A DNA stretch of 45,532 bases, from the IMG/VR virus record IMGVR_UViG_3300005805_000144, positions 1-45,532 of that record. The stretch is one strand, 5' to 3'. Source of the stretch: a virus (lineage: Duplodnaviria > Caudoviricetes). Under the pieces are notes generated by a model. The model had not been told where the DNA came from. It did not search any database and saw only the letters and a program-made list of their open reading frames with translations. Made by a program: the position numbers and the translations under genes. Below are positions 27,005 to 36,200 of the stretch, piece by piece (position 1 is the first letter of the stretch; each line of letters starts with the position of its first letter).

Positions 27005-28087
27005 ATGTCGCAGAAATTTGAACAGTTACTAGACTATCTAGTCAACGAAGAAATGGATAAGGCAAATGAACTTTTCCATGAAATCGTTGTTGAAAAATCA
27101 CGTACGATCTATGAAGATCTAATCAATGAAGAAATTGAAACAGAAGCTAAAAAAGAAGAAGCCGAAGAGTCAGTAGACGAAGCTCATGACGAAGAAGCTG
27201 ACGAATCAGTAGAAGAAGCCAAAGACGAAGACATGGAAGAAGCTGCTGATGAGGACATGGACGAAGCCAAAGACGAAGACATGGAAGAAGCTGCCGATGA
27301 AGATATGGACGAAGCAGCAGAAGAACTAGAAGATTCATATGTAATGGATGCTGGTTCAGACGACGAACATGACTTTGAAAAGGGCGACGCCACAGACGAA
27401 CTAGGCGCAGAAGTTATGGCCGGTGACGATGAGCACGGTGACGACCACGAAGCTTCAGAAGACGATGCAATTCTTGACATCAAGAATGCAATCCAAGAAT
27501 TAGAAGCTGCATTTGCAGAACTAGAAAAAGCCCAAGGTGGCGAAGCAGACGCATTTGGCGGCGACGACATGGACGCCGATGCAGATATGGGTATGGACAA
27601 TGACGAAGAGCCAAAGATGGGTCTACCAGAAGGCAAGCGCCTAACACGCGAATATGTTGAAAAGGTAGGTCATGACTGGGACAGTGCCAAAGGTAAGGCA
27701 CAGGGTAAGCCAGCTGGCGCAGGCACAGGCGAAAACATGGGTGCTGCTTCAGAAGGTAAGAGCCCAGTAAGCTCAGGAAAGGGTAAGCCAACAACAGGTG
27801 CTGATGCAAAGAATATTGCACAGTCTGCAAAGGGCGAAAACCAAGACGGAACAAAGCCACATGGTAAGGCCGGTGGTCTTGTAAAGAACGCACAGGATAT
27901 GAAGACCGGCAACGGTAACGTTCCTGGCGGAAAGATGGGCGTCAAGAACCTAAGTAAGGTTGCTGGCGGTCATGGCGCAGAGAAGAAAGGCGCAGGTCCA
28001 GGCCCAGTAGGTGCAGGTACAGGTGACAAAGCCGGTCAAACATCAGTCGGCAATGAAAAGTCTGTACTAGGCAGCAAAAAGCTTTAA
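27005..28087 (+). CDS. Acidic prohead core/scaffold-like protein with a basic Gly/Lys-rich C-terminal half
   Basis: 360 aa from ATG 27005 (strong SD). Extremely Asp/Glu-rich N-terminal two-thirds. Occupies the position of T4 gp67/gp68 between portal and protease. Confidence 0.72.
   Translation: MSQKFEQLLDYLVNEEMDKANELFHEIVVEKSRTIYEDLINEEIETEAKKEEAEESVDEAHDEEADESVEEAKDEDMEEAADEDMDEAKDEDMEEAADEDMDEAAEELEDSYVMDAGSDDEHDFEKGDATDELGAEVMAGDDEHGDDHEASEDDAILDIKNAIQELEAAFAELEKAQGGEADAFGGDDMDADADMGMDNDEEPKMGLPEGKRLTREYVEKVGHDWDSAKGKAQGKPAGAGTGENMGAASEGKSPVSSGKGKPTTGADAKNIAQSAKGENQDGTKPHGKAGGLVKNAQDMKTGNGNVPGGKMGVKNLSKVAGGHGAEKKGAGPGPVGAGTGDKAGQTSVGNEKSVLGSKKL
27215..27310 (+). repeat. Tandem 48-bp duplication (EAKDEDMEEAADEDMD x2)
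   Basis: 27215-27262 and 27263-27310 differ at three synonymous positions; each copy has an internal 24-bp periodicity. Confidence 0.9.
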
Positions 28088-28107
28088 TATAAAAATAGAG
28101 AAACGGG

Positions 28108-28737
28108 ATGAAATTAACCTATCTTCGTGAACATCTAAGTTTTGATCAAGCTCAAGCTGTGCTTGAGAGTGACGATAAGGATGGCAAGAGCTTATATCTT
28201 AAAGGCATTGCAATCCAAGGTGGTATACGAAACGCTAATCAACGAGTTTACCCAGTAGACGAAATTGAAAGAGCTGTTAAGACACTGAATGATCAAATTC
28301 AAAATGGTTATTCTGTGCTTGGAGAGGTTGATCATCCCGATGATCTTAAAGTGAATTTAGACCGTGTGTCCCATATGATTACTCAGATGTGGATGGACGG
28401 TCCTAATGGTTATGGGAAGATGAAAATTCTTCCAACGCCAATGGGCAACCTTGTTCGTACAATGTTAGAAAGCGGAGTAAAGTTAGGTGTCAGTTCTCGC
28501 GGTAGCGGCAATGTTAACGACATGAATGGACACGTTTCTGATTTCGAAATTATCACTGTTGACATAGTTGCTCAACCTAGCGCCCCAGGTGCCTATCCTA
28601 CTCCTGTTTATGAACATCTCATGAACAGCAGAGGAGGATTAAAAGCACTGCAGGTTGCCAAGGAAGTACAAGATGATCCAAAGGCCCAGAAATACTTGAA
28701 GGAATCACTTCTTCAAATTATTAAAGGTCTAAAATAA
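28108..28737 (+). CDS. gp21: Prohead core protease
   Basis: RNANQRVYP, LGEVDHP (catalytic His), LGVSSRGSG (catalytic Ser) and DIVAQPSAPGA. Confidence 0.96.
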   Translation: MKLTYLREHLSFDQAQAVLESDDKDGKSLYLKGIAIQGGIRNANQRVYPVDEIERAVKTLNDQIQNGYSVLGEVDHPDDLKVNLDRVSHMITQMWMDGPNGYGKMKILPTPMGNLVRTMLESGVKLGVSSRGSGNVNDMNGHVSDFEIITVDIVAQPSAPGAYPTPVYEHLMNSRGGLKALQVAKEVQDDPKAQKYLKESLLQIIKGLK

Positions 28738-28754
28738 GCCCGAGGAGAATATAA

Positions 28755-29843
28755 ATGTTGGACGCATTTAAAAAATTGACAGAAGCTGGAGTTATTAGCG
28801 AAGACGTAAAGACTGAGCTAGAAGCAGCTTTTGCACAACAAATTAAAGAAAATCGCGACCAAGTTACAGCAGAACTTCGTGAAGAGTTTGCACAAAAATA
28901 CAACCATGACAAAACATTAATGGTTGAAGCAATCGACAAGATGTTAAGCGAAAGATTGGCCGTGGAAATGGCCGAATTGGCAGCAGATAAAAAGGAACTA
29001 GCCGAAGCCAAAGCTTCATATAAGAAAAAGATGAAGGACGATGGTAAAAAGCTAGAATCATTTGTTATCAGCCAGTTAGGCAAAGAACTTGTAGAATTCC
29101 AGAACGATCGCAAGAGCGTAGCTGAGAATTTTGCAAAACTAGAGCAGTTCGTTGTGAACTCTCTAGCTAAAGAAATCGCAGAATTTTCAGAAGACAAGCG
29201 TGATCTAGCAAAGACCAAAGTCAAGCTAGTGCGCGAAGCTGCTGGTAAATTTGAAGAGATCAAGAGAGAATTTATCAAACGTTCAGCTAAGGTTGTAGAA
29301 CATGCCGTAACAAGCAAGTTAACATCTGAGTTGAAGCAGTTGAGAGAAGATATCGATTCTGCTCGTACAAATAACTTTGGACGCAGAATTTATGAAGCAT
29401 TTGCCCAAGAATATTCCGGTTCTTTCCTAAACGAAAAGTCAGAAACAGCCAAGCTGTTAAAGATTATCGCAAAGAAAGACAAGGAACTTTCCGAAGCACA
29501 ACAGGCCCTAACAGAAAAGGCTACTATCGTAGAATCCAAGGACCGCGAAATTCGCGTAACCAAAGATTTGATGGAACGCAAGAACGTTATGGCCGAATTA
29601 CTAGCACCACTTAGTGCTGACAAGAGAGAGCTAATGGGAACACTTCTTGAATCTGTACAGACCAAGAAGCTTTCAGAAGCTTTTGACAAGTACCTACCTA
29701 CAGTAATGGAGGGCGATCACAAGAAAGTTTCTCAAAAAACTACTCTTGTTGAAAGTGCCTTAGTGACTGGTAATCGTGAAGCAAAGCCTGAGGTAGGCTT
29801 AGATAACATTTTAGATATCCGCAAGTTAGCGGGTCTAAAGTAA
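28755..29843 (+). CDS. gp22: Major prohead scaffolding protein
   Basis: 362-aa Glu/Lys-rich coiled coil between the protease and capsid genes; GAGGAG SD. Confidence 0.8.
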   Translation: MLDAFKKLTEAGVISEDVKTELEAAFAQQIKENRDQVTAELREEFAQKYNHDKTLMVEAIDKMLSERLAVEMAELAADKKELAEAKASYKKKMKDDGKKLESFVISQLGKELVEFQNDRKSVAENFAKLEQFVVNSLAKEIAEFSEDKRDLAKTKVKLVREAAGKFEEIKREFIKRSAKVVEHAVTSKLTSELKQLREDIDSARTNNFGRRIYEAFAQEYSGSFLNEKSETAKLLKIIAKKDKELSEAQQALTEKATIVESKDREIRVTKDLMERKNVMAELLAPLSADKRELMGTLLESVQTKKLSEAFDKYLPTVMEGDHKKVSQKTTLVESALVTGNREAKPEVGLDNILDIRKLAGLK

Positions 29844-29870
29844 TATAACTATTCAAGGAGAAGACAGAAA

Positions 29871-31046
29871 ATGTCACAGTTATTAAATGAAAGATGGTCA
29901 GAGACCAAAGAAGCTCTGCTTGAAGGCCTATCTGGTAACCGTCGTGCATCAATGAACGTATGTTTAGAAAATACACGTCGTTACTTGGCAGAAGCCGCAA
30001 CAGCAGGCGCAACAAGCGCAGGAAACGTAGCAACACTAAACCGTGTTATCCTACCAGTTATCCGTCGCGTAATGCCAACAGTCATTGCTAACGAAATCGT
30101 TGGCGTACAGCCAATGACAGGACCTGTTGCACAGATCCACACACTACGTGTTCGTTATGCTGACACAACAAGTGAAGTCACAGCAGGTGAAGAAGCCCTA
30201 AGCCCATTCAACATTGCTCGTGCATATTCAGGTGACGGTACAAACGTTGCCGGTGCACAGACTTCAACACTAGAAGGTCAACCAGGTAAGAAGCTAAACA
30301 TTCAGATCCTCAAGACTCCAGTAGAAGCTAAGAGCCGCAAGCTATCAGCTCGTTGGACATTTGAGGCCGCTCAGGATGCACAGGCTCAGCAGGGTATCGA
30401 CATTGAAGCTGAAATTATGGCAGCACTAGCTCAGGAAATTACTGCAGAAATTGACCAGGAAATCCTAAGCAGCCTACGTTCACTAGCTTCAGTTGAAGAA
30501 ACATATGACCAAAGTCTAGTTTCTGGTACAGCAACATTCGTCGGTGACGAACACGCTGCACTAGCAATTCAGATCAACCGCGTAGCAAACCTAATTGCTC
30601 AGCGCACACGTCGTGGCGCAGGCAACTGGGCAGTTGTTTCAAACCAGGCTTTAACAATCCTACAGTCTGCAACAACTTCAGCATTTGCTCGCACAACAGA
30701 AGGCACATTTGAAGCTCCAACAAACACCAAGTTCGTTGGTACATTAAACGGTGCAATGAGAGTTTATGTTGATGCATATCTAGCAGACACAACAGCACAA
30801 AATGCTAACCAGGTTCTAATTGGTTATAAGGGTGCGAGCGAAGCAGACGCTGCTGCGTTCTATTGCCCATATATCCCACTAATGAGCTCTGGCGTTGTGC
30901 TAGATCCAGCAACCTTTGAACCAGTCGTTGGTTTCCTAACACGCTACGGTTACGTAGAGTTGACCAACACTGCTTCATCACTAGGCAATGCTGCTGACTA
31001 TCTCGGTAAGGTATCAATCGTTACCGCAAACGTCAGCTTCAAGTAA
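29871..31046 (+). CDS. gp23: Major capsid protein
   Basis: IRRVMPTVIANEIVGVQPMTGP, AKSRKLSARWTFEAAQD, EITAEIDQEI, AAFYCPYIPL and FEPVVGFLTRYG. Probable maturation site YLAE41/A42, by analogy with T4 IAE65/A66. Confidence 0.97.
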   Translation: MSQLLNERWSETKEALLEGLSGNRRASMNVCLENTRRYLAEAATAGATSAGNVATLNRVILPVIRRVMPTVIANEIVGVQPMTGPVAQIHTLRVRYADTTSEVTAGEEALSPFNIARAYSGDGTNVAGAQTSTLEGQPGKKLNIQILKTPVEAKSRKLSARWTFEAAQDAQAQQGIDIEAEIMAALAQEITAEIDQEILSSLRSLASVEETYDQSLVSGTATFVGDEHAALAIQINRVANLIAQRTRRGAGNWAVVSNQALTILQSATTSAFARTTEGTFEAPTNTKFVGTLNGAMRVYVDAYLADTTAQNANQVLIGYKGASEADAAAFYCPYIPLMSSGVVLDPATFEPVVGFLTRYGYVELTNTASSLGNAADYLGKVSIVTANVSFK

Positions 31047-31068
31047 TAAAACACTTGATAGTGAAATG

Positions 31069-31097
31069 GAAACCCGCCGCAAGGCGGGTTTTCTTTT
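31069..31097 (+). terminator. Rho-independent terminator after gp23
   Basis: AAACCCGCC-GCAA-GGCGGGTTT followed by TCTTTT. Confidence 0.92.
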
Positions 31098-31105
31098 GTC
31101 CATAG

Positions 31106-31111
31106 TAAATA
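31106..31111 (+). promoter_or_regulatory. Late promoter TAAATA
   Basis: Directly after the terminator, 4 nt before ATG 31116. Confidence 0.7.
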
Positions 31112-31115
31112 CATC

Positions 31116-31703
31116 ATGCTGTTAAAAGATTTTTTAAATGAAAACGCAGTCTTAAGCAGAATGATAATGCTTTTGGCTTCAGCCGTTTTAAAAACATATT
31201 TGAAAAATCCTAGAAGAGCGATTTCAGTTGCAGATATTGCAATGTCTTTTGCAGAACCGGCACTGCAAGAATTAGCAAAAACCCTAGTGATAAAATTTGA
31301 CAGCAAGTACGATAGATCAATGTATAATCCAAAAACAAAAGAAGTGTTGATAAGATTAACTGATAATCTTTTACAATTAAAGTCTGAGTTAATTCACGAA
31401 TTGCAACATGCTGTAGATGATTTTAAAAGCAAGGGCAAGTTTAGAAATGAAAAGGGCACCTATCAAACAAGACAATCGGAAGTAAATGCAAGATTGGCGC
31501 AGGCATTGCATGATATTGAAGAAGCATTAAAAAAAGTAAAACTTAAAAATATAGATTGGAACAGGCCTAGCATAAGAAAAAACGTTTTGAATTTAATTAA
31601 TGCCTATCTTAAGAAACATAATCTTACCAAAGACATAGGATTAGATAATAAGAGATATCAAAAAATAGTAAAAAGAATCTATAACTATATAACAACTCGT
31701 TAA
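31116..31703 (+). CDS. Zincin-like metallopeptidase (HExxH)
   Basis: LIHELQHAVD (His94 at 31395), with downstream YQTRQSEVNAR supplying a likely third ligand Glu. N-terminus MLLKDFLNE. Confidence 0.7.
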   Translation: MLLKDFLNENAVLSRMIMLLASAVLKTYLKNPRRAISVADIAMSFAEPALQELAKTLVIKFDSKYDRSMYNPKTKEVLIRLTDNLLQLKSELIHELQHAVDDFKSKGKFRNEKGTYQTRQSEVNARLAQALHDIEEALKKVKLKNIDWNRPSIRKNVLNLINAYLKKHNLTKDIGLDNKRYQKIVKRIYNYITTR

Positions 31704-31718
31704 AATAGTATTTTAAAC

Positions 31719-31724
31719 TAAATA
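31719..31724 (+). promoter_or_regulatory. Late promoter TAAATA
   Basis: CTAAATA 74 nt upstream of ATG 31799; AGGAG SD at 31787-31791. Confidence 0.7.
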
Positions 31725-31798
31725 CACTGTCGCTCATAAGTATTTTATGCAGTTCCCGCTGCGTAGATCATAGAACGATCATTTATAGGAGAAAACAA

Positions 31799-32659
31799 AT
31801 GGGACGTCCAATTCAAAAGAAATTTTTTGGTAATTTAAATACCCCTCCCGTAGGCGGAGAAGGAGTATCAGCAACTATTACAGTGACTAGTACAGGAACA
31901 GGATATTCACAAGGCTCAGTTGCAGTATTCAGCTCACCACAACTACCAGGCGGCGGAACTGCTGCAGGAACAGCAACAAAAACTGCTAACGGTGCTGGAA
32001 CATTTGGAGTAAGTGCTATTGTTCTAACTTCAGCAGGTTCTGGTTATACCAGTACTGCAACAGTTAACATAACAACTGCCACTGCTGTTTCAGTGACAGG
32101 TGCAGGTACCGGCACAGAAACACTAATTCATTGCACGACAACCGGCATTTTTGCTGGTATGGATGTAAGTGGAACAGGTGTAGGTGTAGGCGCCAAGGTA
32201 TCATCAGTAGCTACTGGTGTGGTTACAGTTAGCGTAGCTAATGCAAGCACAGTAACAGGAACATTGCTATTTGCCGACTATGGTACTGGTTTCTCAGCTA
32301 TCACATCGCTAACAGCAGTAACACAAAATGCAATCGCTGTATCTGCTTATCTTTCAACCGGTACTACTGCTTTATTGTCAGACATAGTAAAACAGGAAGC
32401 AAGCCGTAGATATCTAGTAAAGAATGCCGAAGGCGTAGGCCAATGCAAACTAGTTACAGCAGCTCCTAGCGCAGGTGAAATGACCATTGAAGCAACTGAT
32501 AGCAATGGCAGCACTTATTATGTTAAGAAATTAACAGCATTTAGAGCTGTATTAATTCAGAAGACTATGGTTGGTAGTTACGAATATGTAAACAATGCAG
32601 CAGCAGGTTGGACACTAGGTTCAGCATCTACTGGTATTGTAAGTATTGCATCAAACTAA
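31799..32659 (+). CDS. Thr/Gly/Ala-rich virion structural protein (possible head decoration or appendage)
   Basis: 286 aa, beta-rich, with GxGY motifs (STGTGYS, SAGSGYT). Has its own late promoter, strong SD and terminator. Confidence 0.65.
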   Translation: MGRPIQKKFFGNLNTPPVGGEGVSATITVTSTGTGYSQGSVAVFSSPQLPGGGTAAGTATKTANGAGTFGVSAIVLTSAGSGYTSTATVNITTATAVSVTGAGTGTETLIHCTTTGIFAGMDVSGTGVGVGAKVSSVATGVVTVSVANASTVTGTLLFADYGTGFSAITSLTAVTQNAIAVSAYLSTGTTALLSDIVKQEASRRYLVKNAEGVGQCKLVTAAPSAGEMTIEATDSNGSTYYVKKLTAFRAVLIQKTMVGSYEYVNNAAAGWTLGSASTGIVSIASN

Positions 32660-32681
32660 TCTATAATTTACAAATTATAGA
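32660..32681. repeat. Perfect 10-2-10 inverted repeat
   Basis: TCTATAATTT-AC-AAATTATAGA immediately after the stop codon. Confidence 0.85.
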
Positions 32682-32688
32682 CCGAGAG

Positions 32689-32718
32689 AAAAGGACCCTA
32701 ACCGGTCCTTTTTTCTTT
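32689..32718 (+). terminator. Rho-independent terminator, possibly bidirectional
   Basis: AAAAGGACC-CTAACC-GGTCCTTTT followed by TTCTTT. Confidence 0.8.
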
Positions 32719-32721
32719 AAT

Positions 32722-32729
32722 AATAAATA
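32722..32729 (+). promoter_or_regulatory. Late promoter AATAAATA
   Basis: 5 nt before ATG 32735. Confidence 0.7.
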
Positions 32730-32734
32730 TAGAT

Positions 32735-33259
32735 ATGCCTACTGCTTGGACATATCCTTCTACCGTTGTACAATTTTGTGAAAGTGGTGCGGAACAGGTT
32801 GATATTGCTTGGGATGATTCTAAATCTTTTGTTGAATTAAAAGATTTTGACGGCAGATTACTGCCTAGTATAGGAACCCTTTATCACATATCTAGATCTC
32901 CTAAACCAGACATAAAAAACAAGACATGGTTTTTAAGATTGACTAATTTTAATTTTCAAAATTTGCCTGCTAATCTTAGCGGCATAGAAGTAAAAATAGA
33001 TGCAAGACGATATGGAAGAGCACAGGACGAGACTGTACAGCTTTGTCTTAACGGTAATTACATAGGTGATAATTTTGCAAGCCCTGATATTGCTCCGCAA
33101 AAGATTTACGGAAATCAGGCTGATCTGTGGAACAGCGGGATTGATGTAACAGCAGTAAACAACTCAACATTTGGAGTTACTATACGTTTCCAGGCACACA
33201 AAAGTTGGCCTCACAGAGACCCTATATTATTGGACAGCGTTCAGATACGAATTTGGTAA
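32735..33259 (+). CDS. Late protein of unknown function (beta-sandwich-like)
   Basis: 174-aa ORF with a late promoter; LTNFNF...GIEVKI...YGNQADLW...LDSVQIRI. No function recognised. Confidence 0.65.
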   Translation: MPTAWTYPSTVVQFCESGAEQVDIAWDDSKSFVELKDFDGRLLPSIGTLYHISRSPKPDIKNKTWFLRLTNFNFQNLPANLSGIEVKIDARRYGRAQDETVQLCLNGNYIGDNFASPDIAPQKIYGNQADLWNSGIDVTAVNNSTFGVTIRFQAHKSWPHRDPILLDSVQIRIW

Positions 33260-33264
33260 TACGA

Positions 33265-33270
33265 TAAATA
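33265..33270 (+). promoter_or_regulatory. Late promoter TAAATA for the fibre gene cluster
   Basis: GATAAATA 18 nt before ATG 33289. Confidence 0.7.
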
Positions 33271-33288
33271 CTCTATACGAGAACTTAA

Positions 33289-36200
33289 ATGGCAAGAAAA
33301 ACCGGTACAAGAAACGTAACATCTAACGATTTTCAGCGTATAAGTGCGGATACCGCAGTTAAAGTTACCTCTCCGGCTAGCGTAGAATTAGATGCCGGTA
33401 ATCAGGTAATTATAAACGAAGGTGGCGCCGACACACAGATCAATCCAAACGGCGGCAATGTTCAAATAAGTCAAACCGGAGGCGGCAACACTGAGATCAA
33501 TGATGGCGGCGGTGATGTTTTCATCAATGCATCCGGCGGTGGCAACTTAGAAGTTGGAGCACTAACACAGTTTACTGACGGCAGTAATCCTACAAATCTT
33601 CTTGGAATACCGCTTACTATCGACCAAACTCAATTTAGTAACACTGCAGGTAGACAGGCAGCTTCTGTATATTTCGCCGGCGGCGTAGGTATAGAAAAAG
33701 ATCTCGCGGTTGGCGGAACTATTTTTGGCAAGATTGCTCAGGCCTTAACTTCTACTAATATTCAAGTAACGGCAACAAATACAAATATAGAATTTTATCC
33801 AATCTTTGCGCAAACTCTGACCGCTACAAACGGAACCACTCTATTTGGTGATCCTGATGATACAGATATAGATACAACTTCTACAATTTTTAGATACAAT
33901 CCAAGTATAGGTCGTTTGCGAGTAAGCAAGATTGAAGTTAAAAATACTGAGACATCGACCTCTACAGACACAGGCGCATTGAAAATTGCAGGCGGGGCAT
34001 CAGTAGAAAAAGACTTAACCATCGGTGGAGTAGTCTACGGCGATAATAATTTTACAACACAATATCTTGAAAATGTTTATGACAAATATTTAGGATTACA
34101 AGCATCACAAAGTAAAATGGTACTAGCCGCAGGAGCTACCGATATCTTTGGCGAGATTCAAGTCAGAGGTAGAAACCCAATCGGTACTGCTCCAGTTGTT
34201 ACCAATGTATTATATGTAACAGTTGATGGAAATGATACTAACGACGGTCGAGCCCAAGATCCAAGTCGTGCTTGCCGTACCATTGGCGGTGCATTAAGAA
34301 GCCCTTATTATCAATCAGGTACTCAGATTAAAGTGAGTGCGGGTCTTTATTTAGAAAACAATCCACTACGTTTGAAACCATATACCAGTATCATGGGATC
34401 AGACATTCGTACTACATTTATTGAACCAATCAACAAAACACAGGATCTCTTTCATGTTGAAAGTGGATGTTACATTGCCTTCTGCACTTTCTTAAACGGA
34501 AGAAGCGGTAAATTAATAGGCGATTATGCACCAGGCACAAATAGGGGAGCATATGCAACAGCTTTTCCTCCTCAAACAGGTAATGATAGAATAGATTTAT
34601 TCCATTCTCCTTATATTCAAAACTGCACCAATCAGTCTGGTCCTTGGTTGAGAGACGGATCAATGTTCATTCCATCGCAGACAGTACAAATTCCATCTGC
34701 AGTGGGAACCGGTACGTGGGCATCAAATACAACATCGATTGTTGTTACATTGTCAACCGGTACAGTTGAAGTAGGTCAATATATCAATGCTGGACAACAA
34801 AATCCAGGATTCTTCAATGCTAGAACTTTATTACTTGCAAATAAACCTTTCTTGCAAGGACAGGTAGTTGCATTTGTTGATACAACTTTTAACAGCGGAT
34901 CATTTACGTATAATCAGGCCAAGTGTGAAAGAGATACAGCATTGATTCTAAATGCTATTGGCATAGATATGTTGTATGATAGTAATAGCGACAGCACCTT
35001 TGCCGGTCTTCAATATTGGAATCAGGGATCATATACCGGTGATATTCCAAACGAAATTACTGCAACAATTGCTGCAACGGTGTTCTTAAATGGTCTTGCA
35101 CAAACGTATGTAGATTCTTCATTGACCGCAACAGTTAATACTCTATTCAGTACCTTAACCAATATTTTAACAAATGGAACTGTTGGAGTCACTGATTGGG
35201 TAACCTACGGAGGCTTACCATCAACTGCGACTGTGACAGTATCTTCATACAATGCTTTACAAACTAATAAAGCATCAATGCAACAGGATGTTGTAGATTA
35301 TGTAATTTCATCATATCCAACATTGGTATTTAATAGTGCAACATGCTATAGAGATGTTGGGTACATTATCGACGGTGTAAGTTTTGACTTACTGCATGGA
35401 GGGAATGTTCAGTCAATTAAGAGCGGTGTATATTATTATACTTACAGCACAACTTCAACTGCAATACCAAACGAAGTTCCACAGACAACCGCTGCTTACA
35501 ATTATATTAAGAGTATTTTACCTTATATTGTTACAAAGACAGCATTGCCAACTACCTATCAAACAGCAACATCGCAGGTGCTTGTTGGAAATGCTGGCAA
35601 TGAATACGATGCAGAAGTATTAGAATCAAAATTAGATATTATTACAGAAATTATTAGAAACGGACCTACTGTAGTTACAAACAAAACGCCGATTTCTTTG
35701 ACTCTTAACACAGCAACATCTGCATTGAATGCATATGCCTTGTTGATGACAAACACAAACTTTATCAAGGCAGAAGTCATTGCTTACATTGATGCCACAA
35801 TGAACAATTTCAGTTATAACAGACAGAAATGTTATAGAGACGTTGCGATACTTGTTGAAAATATGGCTTACGATATGACCTTTGGTGGCAATCAAAAGAG
35901 CATTGAAAGCGGGTTAGCATATTATGATGGCGTAGTCAGCGTAATTGCAGGACAAGAAACCCAAACAATTAGTGCTATCGACTACCTAGCAGAACTATGT
36001 AAGAAAATTGTTGTTAATACAACCTGCACAGTATTACCACTAAACACCACGTCAACTGGTTTGGTATCCTATCCGCAGGTGTTTAACACAGTGTTAACCG
36101 GCGGAGAGGTTACACTTGAATCAATCGAAAATCTATTCAATATCACTGTGGGAATTATTGAAGACGGCCCAAGTGCTGCCCCAGAAGTATATGCAAGTCC

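Noticed and set aside
27150-27330. CRISPR-like array
   Set aside because: The repeats are in-frame, codon-degenerate coding repeats with no unique spacers, and no cas genes are present.
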